A stretch of 64,000 bases of DNA from a candidate division WOR-3 bacterium (GTDB lineage Bacteria > Hydrothermota > Tepidihabitantia > Tepidihabitantales > Tepidihabitantaceae). Location of the stretch: the NCBI GenBank assembly GCA_965649225.1, contig CBFGJX010000011.1:1-64000 (forward strand), given 5' to 3'. The notes beneath the pieces are model-generated. The model made no database searches and was not told the DNA's origin. It saw only the letters and a program-made list of their open reading frames with translations. A program made the translations under genes and the position numbers. Shown here in pieces: positions 1-9,649 of this stretch (positions are counted from its first letter, which is position 1; every line of letters begins with the position of its first letter).

Positions 1-263
1 TTCAACTGGGTCTGACCCGCCGATACCCACATCAGCGAATCCTGTACATCGGTCACACCCACCTGATAGGCACCCGAAGTCCCGTGCTGGACACTGCGCG
101 TCCAGACGACCTCGTAGTCAACCGTCGTCGGCAACTCTCCGATTGGTTTCCGTTCAACCGCACGCCGGTTGACATCGGCGGACAGGTCGCTTGACGGCAA
201 GCCGGCCGGTGACACCGCAAGCGCGATGCCCGCCAGCACCACAAGTACGGTCAGGTACTTCAT
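1..263 (-). CDS. Secreted protein, N-terminal part (runs off the window edge)
   Basis: GAGGAGG-N4-ATG at 263; MKYLTVLVVLAGIALA signal peptide; frame open to position 1; not in the ORF track. Confidence 0.75.
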   Translation of the reverse strand, partial: MKYLTVLVVLAGIALAVSPAGLPSSDLSADVNRRAVERKPIGELPTTVDYEVVWTRSVQHGTSGAYQVGVTDVQDSLMWVSAGQTQL

Positions 264-349
264 AAAACCTCCTCACCGGCAATCTGGTTCTTTCGAACTT
301 GCGCCGGTTCTTGCCCAGTGTCGCATCATAAGTCTGACCCGCTGACTTG

Positions 350-907
350 TCAACGCTCCTGCCGGCCGGTGAGAACCGCGTCAACCAGCAGGTAGTCGGC
401 GGCACGGTCCGGTGCCGGAGTGCTGTCATCCGGGACAACCACCCAGCGTTCTGACGCCCGCCGCACACCGAAGCCGGACCGTTCAATCAATTCTACCCAC
501 TGCTCGGCGGTAAATCGTCCCCGCGGCGCAAGCGGGACGACAATCACCAGCCGGCCGCCTGGTACAAGCGTCCTTCCGACGCTGCGCAGGACTGCCTCCG
601 GCCGGGTCACATCGCCGAACGTCGCCGAGACAACGATATCGAAACTGCCCTGTCCCCACAAAGAAGCTGCTGCCTGTGGTTCAGCCGTTTGATACTCTAT
701 TCCCAGCGGCTTTTCAATCTCCTGTTTGAGCGCCGCCGCCACCGCCCTTTCCGATGGGTCAACTGCGGTCACCCATGCTCCGCGCAATGCCAGCTGACGG
801 GTGAGGATTCCCTCGCCGCAGCCCAGTTCCATTATTCTCGCCCCGACGATATTGCCGAGCGCTTCAATCAGTACGGGGGCAATCTCCTCAATCATCGACT
901 GAACCAT
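350..907 (-). CDS. Class I SAM-dependent methyltransferase
   Basis: IMELGCGEG motif I, SFDIVVS, LVPGGRLVI. Confidence 0.85.
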   Translation of the reverse strand: MVQSMIEEIAPVLIEALGNIVGARIMELGCGEGILTRQLALRGAWVTAVDPSERAVAAALKQEIEKPLGIEYQTAEPQAAASLWGQGSFDIVVSATFGDVTRPEAVLRSVGRTLVPGGRLVIVVPLAPRGRFTAEQWVELIERSGFGVRRASERWVVVPDDSTPAPDRAADYLLVDAVLTGRQER

Positions 908-991
908 GTTGAGGTTTTTCCCCCGCCATGGCGGCCGGCCAGCCGATCGCCGGCGAGCGATAGCTGTCTCCCGTCACTACGGCAATCGTCT

Positions 992-1723
992 TCATTGCTT
1001 CTTCTCGCCGAGCCGGCGCCGAAAATGGCTGTTAACGGCAGCAACATAAACTGAACGTGGCACCAGTTCCCGACTGACCCGTGCGGAAAGCTCCGCCGGT
1101 ATCCGTCCCTCCTTGGCCAGCCAGCGGCCCGCTTCCCGTACGGCCGCCAAGACATCGGCGACCGGCAGACCGTGCCGGGCAAACTCCGGCAGCGACGCGG
1201 CACACGGCCGCAGGAGTGCACCGACGAACTCACGGCTGACGTTGCGGCAAATCGCCCGGACGTGCTCAATCAGCGGAACGAAATTGTCCAGCTCGGGAAA
1301 GCCGGAGACAGCAACCAGCGCCAGCTGGCCGGCTTCTACCCCCTGCCGCAGGTCATGACGGCAGTGTCCATTGCGGATTACAAAGAACGGCTCGAGCAGT
1401 GGCAGACAACGGTCGAGAAACATCTTCATGGTGCCGGTCATCCCGTCGACATATAACGGCGTCGCCAGCACGACGAGATCAGCGGCAGCAAAGAGTGCCA
1501 GCAGCTCCGCCATGTCATCATGCTGGCTGCACCGGCCGGGTGTAGCAAACCAGCAGGTCAAGCAACCGCGACAAGCCCCGACAGTCTTGTCGGCAAGCTG
1601 GACCAGGTCAACCGTCGCACCGCCCTCGCGCAGACCGCTGATCAGCGGTTGCAGCAGTTGGCCGGTACCGCCCCGATCGCGCCGGGGCGAACTGCAGAAG
1701 ACGGCAACCTTTCTCGTCGACAT
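992..1723 (-). CDS. Flavodoxin family / iron-sulfur flavoprotein (NADPH-dependent FMN reductase-like)
   Basis: Start re-set to MSTRKVAVFCSSPR; CRGCLTCW..C cluster motif; ATPLY. Confidence 0.85.
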   Translation of the reverse strand: MSTRKVAVFCSSPRRDRGGTGQLLQPLISGLREGGATVDLVQLADKTVGACRGCLTCWFATPGRCSQHDDMAELLALFAAADLVVLATPLYVDGMTGTMKMFLDRCLPLLEPFFVIRNGHCRHDLRQGVEAGQLALVAVSGFPELDNFVPLIEHVRAICRNVSREFVGALLRPCAASLPEFARHGLPVADVLAAVREAGRWLAKEGRIPAELSARVSRELVPRSVYVAAVNSHFRRRLGEKKQ

Positions 1724-1795
1724 TCCCGCTTCGCCTTTCTCCTGACGCCATCGCGATATTAACACAACCGGTCCGGTGGCGCAAGCCCTGTCGCC

Positions 1796-1823
1796 TTGAC
1801 TCGCCCGGTCACAACGGTAGAAT
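1796..1823 (+). promoter_or_regulatory. sigma70-like promoter TTGACT-N16-TAGAAT, 9 nt before the V-ATPase D ATG
   Basis: Consensus match and spacing. Confidence 0.55.
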
Positions 1824-1832
1824 GCTCCCGCC

Positions 1833-2456
1833 ATGCGACTCGCTGTCGGTGCCACCCGAATGCAACTGCTGCGCCTGCGTCGGCGGCTGGTGATAGCCCG
1901 GCGCGGACACAAGTTGCTCAAAGACAAACAGGAAGAACTGCTGCGCCGGGTGCTGGCACTGACAGCGGAAATCCGCTCCCACCGCAAACGTGTCGAAGCC
2001 GAAATGGCTCGCATTTTCGGCCGGTTTGCACTTGCCCGCGCCGCCTGGGGACCGGATGAACTCGCCGCCGCAATAGCGCTGCCGGCAAAACAGACAACCG
2101 TTGAAGTCAAGGTTGTGCCGGTGATGAACGTCCGGGTGCCGGTATTCTCGTACTCGTTTACCGGCACGACCCGTTGCTACGGTCTGGCCCACACCTCATC
2201 CGAGCTCGACTTTGCCCTTGCCGGACTGGACGAACTCCTCGGTAGTCTGCTGGCACTGGCCGAAAAAGAGAAGGCGCTGGAGCTGCTGGCCGATGAAATG
2301 GAAAAGACTCGGCGCCGGGTGAACGCACTCGAATACCTGCTGATCCCGTCGATTGAAGCAACGGTGAAGTTCATCGGGCTGAAACTGGCCGAAACCGAAC
2401 GCGGCGAGCTGACCCGCCTGATGCGGATCAAGGATATCATCCGCCGGGAGGATTGA
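1833..2456 (+). CDS. ntpD: V/A-type ATP synthase subunit D
   Basis: ATRMQLLRL..ARRGHKLLKDKQEEL; KTRRRVNALEY signature. Confidence 0.95.
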   Translation: MRLAVGATRMQLLRLRRRLVIARRGHKLLKDKQEELLRRVLALTAEIRSHRKRVEAEMARIFGRFALARAAWGPDELAAAIALPAKQTTVEVKVVPVMNVRVPVFSYSFTGTTRCYGLAHTSSELDFALAGLDELLGSLLALAEKEKALELLADEMEKTRRRVNALEYLLIPSIEATVKFIGLKLAETERGELTRLMRIKDIIRRED

Positions 2457-2807
2457 TTGCCCCAGCGCGGGAGGGTGCGCCGTGGTCGGGCCTGGCTGCT
2501 TCTGACGCTCTGGATTGTCATCACCGGCATCACCCTCTCGGTACGAATCGAACGCCTGCCACCTTTACTGGAACGCGGTGGTGACAAGCTGGTACACGTT
2601 GCTCTCTTTACTGTCATGGGCACGCTGGCCCAGGCGGCCTTGCCCTGGGCATCGGTGCTGATTACCCTGCCCCTCGGCTTCGGCCTCGAACAGGCTCAGC
2701 GCCTGCTCCGCTGGCGCAACTACAGTCCGATTGACCTGCTCGCCAACATCTCCGGCGCCCTGCTGGGACTGGTCTGTTTTGAACTGTCACAGCGTCTGGT
2801 GCGATGA
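2457..2807 (+). CDS. VanZ-like membrane protein
   Basis: DKLVH, E..Q, DLLAN..G motifs with TM segments. Confidence 0.8.
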   Translation: MPQRGRVRRGRAWLLLTLWIVITGITLSVRIERLPPLLERGGDKLVHVALFTVMGTLAQAALPWASVLITLPLGFGLEQAQRLLRWRNYSPIDLLANISGALLGLVCFELSQRLVR

Positions 2808-4060
2808 GCGGCGAACTCCGCAACCGGCCCAAGGGTACGCTGGATTTTCTGCCCCCCGATTCCGAGCGCAAACGCTGGGTTGAGGCGGCGTTCGTCCGGC
2901 TGGCCGAAGTTTACGGCTTTCGTCCGGTTGAAACCCCGCTGTTCGAACATACCGAGGTGTTCATCAAGTCGGCCGGGGAAACCTCCGATGTAGTCGGCAA
3001 GGAGATGTACACTTTCACCGACCGGGCCGGCCGCAGCCTGACTTTGCGTCCCGAAGGTACTCCCGGCGTTGTCCGTGCCGCCCTGGAAGCCGGCACGCGG
3101 CTGCCTTGCCGGCTGTGCTACACCGGTCCGTTCTTTCGCTACAGCCGTCCCCAGAAAGGCCGCTACCGGCAATTCCACCAGCTTGGCGTCGAGGCACTGG
3201 GCGAAGCTTCACCGTACGTTGATGCCGAACTGATAATGTTCGGCGCCGAGTTCTTCGCTCTGGTCGGTATCGCCGATTGTTCGGTCAGCATCAATTCAAT
3301 CGGCTGTACTGCCTGTCGGCCGGACTTTCGAACCCAACTGATTGATTTTCTCAACCAGCGGCTTGACCAGCTCTGCGCCGACTGCCGCCGCCGCGCCGCC
3401 ATCAACCCGCTGCGAGTGCTCGACTGCAAGAACCCGGCGTGCCGCGCGGCCACTGCTGAAGCTCCGCAGCCGATCAACTACCTGTGCCCGGAATGCCGGG
3501 GACACTTTGACGCGATACTTGACGAGCTCCGGCGCCGGAATCAGCGCTTTGTTCTCGACGGGCGCCTCGTGCGTGGGCTCGATTACTACAACCGCACGAC
3601 CTTTGAATACATCTCGGCCGCCCTCGGCGCTCAGGACAGCCTGGGTGGTGGCGGCCGCTACGACTATCTCCTGCGGGAAATGGGTGGTCCCGACATGCCG
3701 GCAATCGGCCTGGCCATCGGGCTGGAGCGAACGATGCTTGCCGCGCCGGTGCCGGAACAACCTCTCCGGCGCCGACTGTGCTGGGTGGCATTCTTTTCCG
3801 ATACCGAACGCCAGGCCGCGATTGATATTGCCGACCGCCTGCGTGCTGCTGGAATACCAGCCCAGCTCGACTTCGACGCCACCGGCATCAAACGACAGTT
3901 CCGTTCTGCCGATGCCGCTGGCGCTGCCTGTTGTCTGGTGGTCGGCCCCGACGAACTGTCCCGTGGCGTTTACACCGTCAAAGACCTCAGTACCGGCAGC
4001 AGCCTTGAAGTCGCGGCCAATACGGTGATTGAAGAAGTCCGCGCGCTGTTCCGCTACTGA
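2804..4060 (+). CDS. hisS: Histidine--tRNA ligase
   Basis: LRPEGT, RPQKGRYRQFHQ, VRGLDYY, GGGRYD. Confidence 0.97.
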   Translation: MSGELRNRPKGTLDFLPPDSERKRWVEAAFVRLAEVYGFRPVETPLFEHTEVFIKSAGETSDVVGKEMYTFTDRAGRSLTLRPEGTPGVVRAALEAGTRLPCRLCYTGPFFRYSRPQKGRYRQFHQLGVEALGEASPYVDAELIMFGAEFFALVGIADCSVSINSIGCTACRPDFRTQLIDFLNQRLDQLCADCRRRAAINPLRVLDCKNPACRAATAEAPQPINYLCPECRGHFDAILDELRRRNQRFVLDGRLVRGLDYYNRTTFEYISAALGAQDSLGGGGRYDYLLREMGGPDMPAIGLAIGLERTMLAAPVPEQPLRRRLCWVAFFSDTERQAAIDIADRLRAAGIPAQLDFDATGIKRQFRSADAAGAACCLVVGPDELSRGVYTVKDLSTGSSLEVAANTVIEEVRALFRY

Positions 4061-4075
4061 CCCGCTGCCGCCGGC

Positions 4076-4948
4076 CTAACCAAGACCGGCAATACAGTAA
4101 TCCCCCAGCACCAATCCCCCGCCCTGATCATCAACGACGATCGCCGCGGTCCAGCGACCTTCCGGCGCATCCGGCAGCACCAGTTCGATACGGTCCCGGC
4201 CTCTGCCTTCACCGGCATAGGCAGTCCCCGCCGCCGGTGCGGTAAACGTGCCGTCGGACAGATCGCCGCAATCGGGTTCGGTTCCCGCCGGCCACGCGGC
4301 CAGCCAGATCCGGACGTTACCGCTGCCCAGAGTCTGCCAGTCGTAATCCAGCACCAGCCGGCGAATCGGACCCCGCAGAAAAGGCATTGCCAGCCACAGC
4401 GTTGCACCCGCCTCCGGTACCGTTTCGGTCTCTACCTCGAGCCCCCGGCCGGCGGCAACCGGCACCAGTACAACTGACGCTTTCGACGGCGCTGGTGCGG
4501 CCACGACCGGCCGGTCCGGCTTCGGCTCCTTCGTGGTGATGGTGACCTCAATCACCGGCTTTGACTGGGCATTTGCCGCCGTCAACTTGTCCAGCCACTC
4601 TTGATAGTCGTGCTCACCCTTCAACTGGGCGTGCCGCCGGCACATCGGAATCAGATTGTCCACCGACGTTCGCCCGCCCTGACTGAACGGTCGCTTGTGG
4701 ACCAGCACAGCGGCATCCTCAAAACAATTGGGGACGACACAGGAGCTGCCGCGCAGCGCAAAAACGACTTCCTCCATGTCGCGAGGATAGTGCCGGTCAT
4801 CAACATAGCCGTAATGATCCTCGGCCGGTGTCGGCGGATAATGCCGACGGCCGCAATGTGAACACTTGGTCTCGCGCACCAGCCGGTCCCAGTCCACTGC
4901 CATTGCTGCCCCGCAATCCGGACAGTTGTAATGCCAGTGCATGGACAC
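4076..4948 (-). CDS. Zn-ribbon + degenerate HNH-domain protein with unknown C-terminal beta domain
   Basis: CPDC..CSHC; CVVPNC..HKRPFSQGGRTSVDNLIPMCRRH; AAGGAGG RBS. Confidence 0.65.
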   Translation of the reverse strand: MSMHWHYNCPDCGAAMAVDWDRLVRETKCSHCGRRHYPPTPAEDHYGYVDDRHYPRDMEEVVFALRGSSCVVPNCFEDAAVLVHKRPFSQGGRTSVDNLIPMCRRHAQLKGEHDYQEWLDKLTAANAQSKPVIEVTITTKEPKPDRPVVAAPAPSKASVVLVPVAAGRGLEVETETVPEAGATLWLAMPFLRGPIRRLVLDYDWQTLGSGNVRIWLAAWPAGTEPDCGDLSDGTFTAPAAGTAYAGEGRGRDRIELVLPDAPEGRWTAAIVVDDQGGGLVLGDYCIAGLG

Positions 4949-5030
4949 CTCCTTGACTGATTGCCCTTCAGTCCCGGTGGACTACTAAAGAATTGTAATC
5001 GGAAGATGTTGCGCCCGCTGGCGGCGGCTG

Positions 5031-6095
5031 TCAAGCAGCACTGCCGGGCGGCCGGGCCGAGACATCGTGGAAGACCAGTCCGCGCCGGCGGTGCCATGCG
5101 GCCGGGTCACGGAAATAGTCGTTCACCTCGACAAACTCCTCGTCGGTAAGCAGGGAAATCTCACGCGGTATCCGCTCCGACAGGCCGGCGGTGCGGTCGG
5201 TAAGCGAAAGCAGCCTGACCCCGGCCCGCGCCAGATCGGCACTGCCCTGCTGCTGCCGGTCGAAGATAACGAAACAGGTGTCCACCCGGGCCTCCTGCGC
5301 ACGAAGCTCGGCAATCACCCGTGCCTTCGTCCAGCCGTGGACCAGTGTATCGTCAACCAGCAGCACCCGCTTGCGGAAAAGCTCGTGACTCTTGATGCCC
5401 TCGAAAACCGCCGCCTCGGGAAACCGCCGTGTCCGCCGGGCGTAGAACATCGGTCGAGCCAGTTTCTGCGCCAGCAGGGCGGCGATCGAAATGCTGCCCG
5501 ATTCAATCCCGCAAATCGCATCGAACTCGACATTGCGCAGCAGCAGCGCGGCGGCAGAAAGCACGAAATCGTTCACCGCCGGATAGGCAGACAGCCCTTT
5601 TACGTCGATGTATATCGGCGAGAAATTCCGGCCCTCATCGACCTTGAAAAGCGGCCGCAGGTCACCCAGACTCACCTTGATTGCACCCACCTGCCAGAAC
5701 AACGCCGCCACGGTTTCGGCCAGACTGCCGGCCATGGACCGGCGCACCAGCTCCAGGTCCGGCCGCACCAGCCGCTGCTCACGCAGCAACCGGTAGCACT
5801 TGCGGGCGTCGGTCTCGGCCAGCTCCAGTGCCAACCGGGTTTCTTCGATGTCATAGACGACGTGCAGTCGGCCGACGGGAGATTCGCCGGCGAAGAACTC
5901 GTAGCTCTCGGCGTTGGCCTCGCGCCGACGTGGACCGAGCCGGCTTGCCGCCGGATTCACCAGTTCGCGATAGACCGAAAACAAATCCGCTGCCAGCGCG
6001 GCGGCTTCCGAGTATTCGAGAATGAACGGTGTGCTGGCGCGAACAACTCCCGCCGCACATTCCAGTTCGGAAAGGGGTACCTGATTGAGTTTCAC
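5031..6095 (-). CDS. pyrE: Orotate phosphoribosyltransferase-like protein with ~120-aa N-terminal extension
   Basis: SPIYID, ICGIESGSI, VLLVDD; C-terminal DPAAW typical of OPRTase. Confidence 0.65.
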   Translation of the reverse strand: MKLNQVPLSELECAAGVVRASTPFILEYSEAAALAADLFSVYRELVNPAASRLGPRRREANAESYEFFAGESPVGRLHVVYDIEETRLALELAETDARKCYRLLREQRLVRPDLELVRRSMAGSLAETVAALFWQVGAIKVSLGDLRPLFKVDEGRNFSPIYIDVKGLSAYPAVNDFVLSAAALLLRNVEFDAICGIESGSISIAALLAQKLARPMFYARRTRRFPEAAVFEGIKSHELFRKRVLLVDDTLVHGWTKARVIAELRAQEARVDTCFVIFDRQQQGSADLARAGVRLLSLTDRTAGLSERIPREISLLTDEEFVEVNDYFRDPAAWHRRRGLVFHDVSARPPGSAA

Positions 6096-6110
6096 GGCAG
6101 ACCGGCAGGG

Positions 6111-6761
6111 TCAGTCGCCGGTTCCGGTCGGCTTGATATTTTGAAAACGGGCACTGTAGAAGAAATTCCACAATGCCCGGGCCTTGCGCTTCAGCTCCGG
6201 CAGAGAACCGGAATTCTCCAAGACGAAATCGGCCCGACGCCAGACCTTGGCATCCGGCTGCTGCAGTTTCAGTCGCGCCCGGGCCGCCTCGGGTGACATG
6301 CCGGCGTCGGTCATTCGTTTCACCTTCAGCCGCTCCGGCGCGGTCACCAGAATCGAAACGTCCATTTCCTTGTCCAGCCCCCAATAGAACAGCAGTGCCG
6401 CGTCAACAATCACCAGCCCTTTCTTGTGCCGGTTGATTTCGGCGCGAAGCTTGGCCAAAAGCCCCGGGTGGGTAATCCGGTTCAACTTCGTCAGTGCCGC
6501 CTTGCTGGCAAACGCCCGCTCGGCCAGCCGCCGGCGGTCGATTCGGCCCGACTTGTCGAGAATCTCACGTCCGAATGCCTTGACCAGGGCCGTGTACTCG
6601 GGACTGTTCTTGGCCAGCAGCGACCAGCCGATTTGATCGGCGTCGATGACACGGGCACCGTAGCGCTTGAGTTCGCCGACGACGGTTGACTTGCCCGCCC
6701 CCATCTGGCCACCGATACCCACCAGCAGTCGCTCACGGCCGAGTTTGCGGTCAAAAACCAT
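6111..6761 (-). CDS. coaE: Dephospho-CoA kinase
   Basis: GGQMGAGKS, IDAD, IDRRRL, LNRITHP. Confidence 0.95.
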   Translation of the reverse strand: MVFDRKLGRERLLVGIGGQMGAGKSTVVGELKRYGARVIDADQIGWSLLAKNSPEYTALVKAFGREILDKSGRIDRRRLAERAFASKAALTKLNRITHPGLLAKLRAEINRHKKGLVIVDAALLFYWGLDKEMDVSILVTAPERLKVKRMTDAGMSPEAARARLKLQQPDAKVWRRADFVLENSGSLPELKRKARALWNFFYSARFQNIKPTGTGD

Positions 6762-6773
6762 CTCGCACCCCGC

Positions 6774-7553
6774 CTAGATTACCCTGACTTCCTCGTGCAG
6801 AGCCCGCACCAGTTCGTCAACTGCCGCGGCCGGCTCTGCCACGATGACCCGACCCGGTTTTCGTGCTGGTGGCAGCCGGTCGCCGACCGGCACCAGTCCG
6901 CGCGTCAGCTTTGCCGGGTCAAGCGCCAGCTCGGTAAGGTTCAGGGTTGGAATCTCTTTCTTTTTTGCCGCCATCATCCCCTTCAGGGTCGGCAGCCGCG
7001 GCTCATAGCGTCCCTTCTGGATCGACAGCAGACAGGGCAGGGCGGTTTCGACCACTTCGGTGGCACCTTCCACCTCACGGTGGGCCACCACCCGCCGGCC
7101 TTCGATCTGAACCTCGGCCACAACCGCAACGTGGGCAATGCCCAGAAAATGTGCCACAGCCTGCGGCACCGCCGCCATATCGTCATCGATCGCCTGCTTG
7201 CCGCAGAGCACCAGATCATACTGCCCGCGGGCGATTGCTGTCGCCAGCACCCGGCCAATACTGAGTGCATCCAGTCCCTCATACGCCGGGTCCCACAGGT
7301 GCAGGGCGTTGTCCGCGCCAGTGGCAAGCACGGTCTTCAACGCCGACTTGACACGATCGGGCCCCAGCGCGACGGCAGTGATGCTGACATCGCCAAGCTG
7401 TTCTCGCAGCCGGAGCGCCGTTTCCAGCGCATACTCATCGTAGGGATTTACCACCCACTCCGCATCGCTGGTATCAACAAACCCGGTCTGAGTGCTCACC
7501 CGGATGCGCGTTTCGGTTGAGGGAACCTGTTTGACGCAAAGTATGATATTCAT
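6774..7553 (-). CDS. etfB: Electron transfer flavoprotein beta subunit
   Basis: CVKQVP, NPYDEYALE, CGKQAIDDD, EPRLP. Confidence 0.95.
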   Translation of the reverse strand: MNIILCVKQVPSTETRIRVSTQTGFVDTSDAEWVVNPYDEYALETALRLREQLGDVSITAVALGPDRVKSALKTVLATGADNALHLWDPAYEGLDALSIGRVLATAIARGQYDLVLCGKQAIDDDMAAVPQAVAHFLGIAHVAVVAEVQIEGRRVVAHREVEGATEVVETALPCLLSIQKGRYEPRLPTLKGMMAAKKKEIPTLNLTELALDPAKLTRGLVPVGDRLPPARKPGRVIVAEPAAAVDELVRALHEEVRVI

Positions 7554-7578
7554 CAGCGCTGCCTGTTCTGTAATCTGC

Positions 7579-8850
7579 TCACGATCCGTAAGCGCGAACG
7601 CAGAGACAGCAGTTATGACCGCCGAAGCCGAATGAGTTCGACAGGGCCGCCTTTAACTTCTGTTCGCGGGGACCGGCTTTGACAAAGTCCAGCTCCACCC
7701 CTTCATCGGCCTGCTCGAAGTTCACTGTCGCGTGCAGCCAGCCGTGTTGCACCTGCAGACACATCGCCACAAACTCCATCGCCCCGGCAGCGCCCAGACC
7801 GTGGCCAATCATCGACTTGGTCGAATTCACCGCCAGCCGCCGGGAATGATCGCCGAACAGCTCGACGATTGCCTTCACCTCGGTGGCGTCGTTCAGGGGC
7901 GTTGAAGTCCCGTGGGCATTGATGTAATCAATCTCGTCCAGACCCAGCCCGGCCTCGGCGACCGCGAGCCGCATGGCATTGATTGCCCCCCGGCCTTCCG
8001 GATCGGGCGCAGTGATGTGATGGCCGTCGGCGGTTGCGCCGTAGCCGGCCAGCTCGCAGACAATCGGCGCCCCGCGGCGGCGGGCGTGCTCCAGCTCTTC
8101 CAGAACGCAAATCCCGCAACCCTCGGCGATGACAAATCCGTCCCGACTGCGGTCGAACGGCCGCGATGCCTTCTCCGGTTCGTCGTTGCGCCGGGACAAT
8201 GCCCCCATGTTGGCAAAGCCGGCAACGGTGAATCTGGTAATCGCCGCTTCGCTGCCGCCGGCAATCATCACGTCGGCATCGCCGGCAACGATGTGCCGGA
8301 AAGCGACTCCGATCGCGTGGGCGCCGGAAGCACAGGCCGAGGTCGTATCGTAGTTCGGACCGCGCAGCCCGTAGTTGATGGCAATCTGCCCGGCCGCCAT
8401 GTCCGGGATCATCATCGGAATCAGCAGTGGCGACACCCGCTTGGGCCCCCGCTCGAGAAACAGCGCATGATGGGCTTCCCAGGTCTGCACTCCGCCCATG
8501 CCCGACCCCACCAGCACGCCGGTTCGGTCCGGGTCGAGTTTCGAACTGTCCAGACCGGCAGCGCGCATGGCTTCGTCAGCGGCACAGAGGGCGTACTGAA
8601 CAAAACGGTCCGAACGCTTGACGAGCTTGGGGTCGAGCCGGCTGGCCGGGTCGAAATCCTTGATTTGCGCTCCAATCGTCACGTCCAGCTCGCTCAGCTC
8701 GAAGCCGGTCAGCCGGGCAACTCCCGAACGGCCGGCCAGCAGGTTGCGCCAGAACGTCGGAACGTCGTTGCCGATTGGCGTAACCGCCCCCAGCCCGGTG
8801 ACCACCACCCGGCGCCGGCCGGTGGTCAATCTGCGCCCGGCGTCTGTCAT
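7579..8850 (-). CDS. fabF: Beta-ketoacyl-ACP synthase II
   Basis: RRVVVTGLG, SACASG, NAHGTST, SNSFGFGGHN. Confidence 0.97.
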   Translation of the reverse strand: MTDAGRRLTTGRRRVVVTGLGAVTPIGNDVPTFWRNLLAGRSGVARLTGFELSELDVTIGAQIKDFDPASRLDPKLVKRSDRFVQYALCAADEAMRAAGLDSSKLDPDRTGVLVGSGMGGVQTWEAHHALFLERGPKRVSPLLIPMMIPDMAAGQIAINYGLRGPNYDTTSACASGAHAIGVAFRHIVAGDADVMIAGGSEAAITRFTVAGFANMGALSRRNDEPEKASRPFDRSRDGFVIAEGCGICVLEELEHARRRGAPIVCELAGYGATADGHHITAPDPEGRGAINAMRLAVAEAGLGLDEIDYINAHGTSTPLNDATEVKAIVELFGDHSRRLAVNSTKSMIGHGLGAAGAMEFVAMCLQVQHGWLHATVNFEQADEGVELDFVKAGPREQKLKAALSNSFGFGGHNCCLCVRAYGS

Positions 8851-8874
8851 TTCGCCTTCCTGTCTGTTGTCAGC

Positions 8875-9117
8875 TTACTTCTTCTCTGCCAGGCGTTTTT
8901 CGAGGTATTCGACCGCCTTGCCGACGGTAACCAGGCTCTGGGAGTCCTCGTCCGGTATCTCCAGCCCGAACTTCTCTTCAAACGCCATAACCAATTCGAC
9001 GATATCCAGCGAATCGGCCCCGAGGTCATCAACGAAGTGGGCATTGTCGGTGACCTTTTCCGGGGTCACATGCAACTGCTCGACGATGATATTTCTGACA
9101 TCGTCAATCAACGCCAT
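8875..9117 (-). CDS. acpP: Acyl carrier protein
   Basis: [23 protein letters not shown]. Confidence 0.97.
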   Translation of the reverse strand: MALIDDVRNIIVEQLHVTPEKVTDNAHFVDDLGADSLDIVELVMAFEEKFGLEIPDEDSQSLVTVGKAVEYLEKRLAEKK

Positions 9118-9202
9118 CATTTCCTCCTATAGGTTTTGCCGGGCCGCGGCCGCATTACCGCCACTGCCCTGATAAAGCAGTGTATTGACAAGTTTCACCG
9201 AG

Positions 9203-9649
9203 TCAAGCCGGCCGCCGGCGCCGCCGGGCCGGCAGCGACAGAAGATTCAGTCCGGTCAGCGGGTCAGGCGCCCGCCCCACCTGTGCCCGGCCGGGCAGAA
9301 TCCAGATTTCGCAGGTCGCCGCGGTGCGGGCGGCAAACAAATGTCCCCCCCAGGCGCGCAGCTGACGGTCGGACACGACTGCGTGCAGGTGACAAACCGG
9401 CTTTCGGTCGAGCCAGGCAATGTTACCGGTCAGTGCCGCCAGTTCGCATTCGGCACGGATGGTTCGCCGGTGATAACGCCGGCGGGCGAGATGGAAGTAC
9501 CCGAGCTCGATCGCACTCGCGGCACCGATACCGGTAACGATGCCGGACCGGATCCGCTGTTCCTCGACGAAGCGGGTCAGTGTTGCCGGAATGTCCTCGC
9601 CCCGCTCCAGCCGCAGCAGATAGCAGCTGCCGACGCGGCACCAGGTCAT
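9203..9649 (-). CDS. PPC/DUF296 domain protein
   Basis: LRLERGED, HLH..GGHL; ATGA overlap with topA stop. Confidence 0.9.
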   Translation of the reverse strand: MTWCRVGSCYLLRLERGEDIPATLTRFVEEQRIRSGIVTGIGAASAIELGYFHLARRRYHRRTIRAECELAALTGNIAWLDRKPVCHLHAVVSDRQLRAWGGHLFAARTAATCEIWILPGRAQVGRAPDPLTGLNLLSLPARRRRRPA

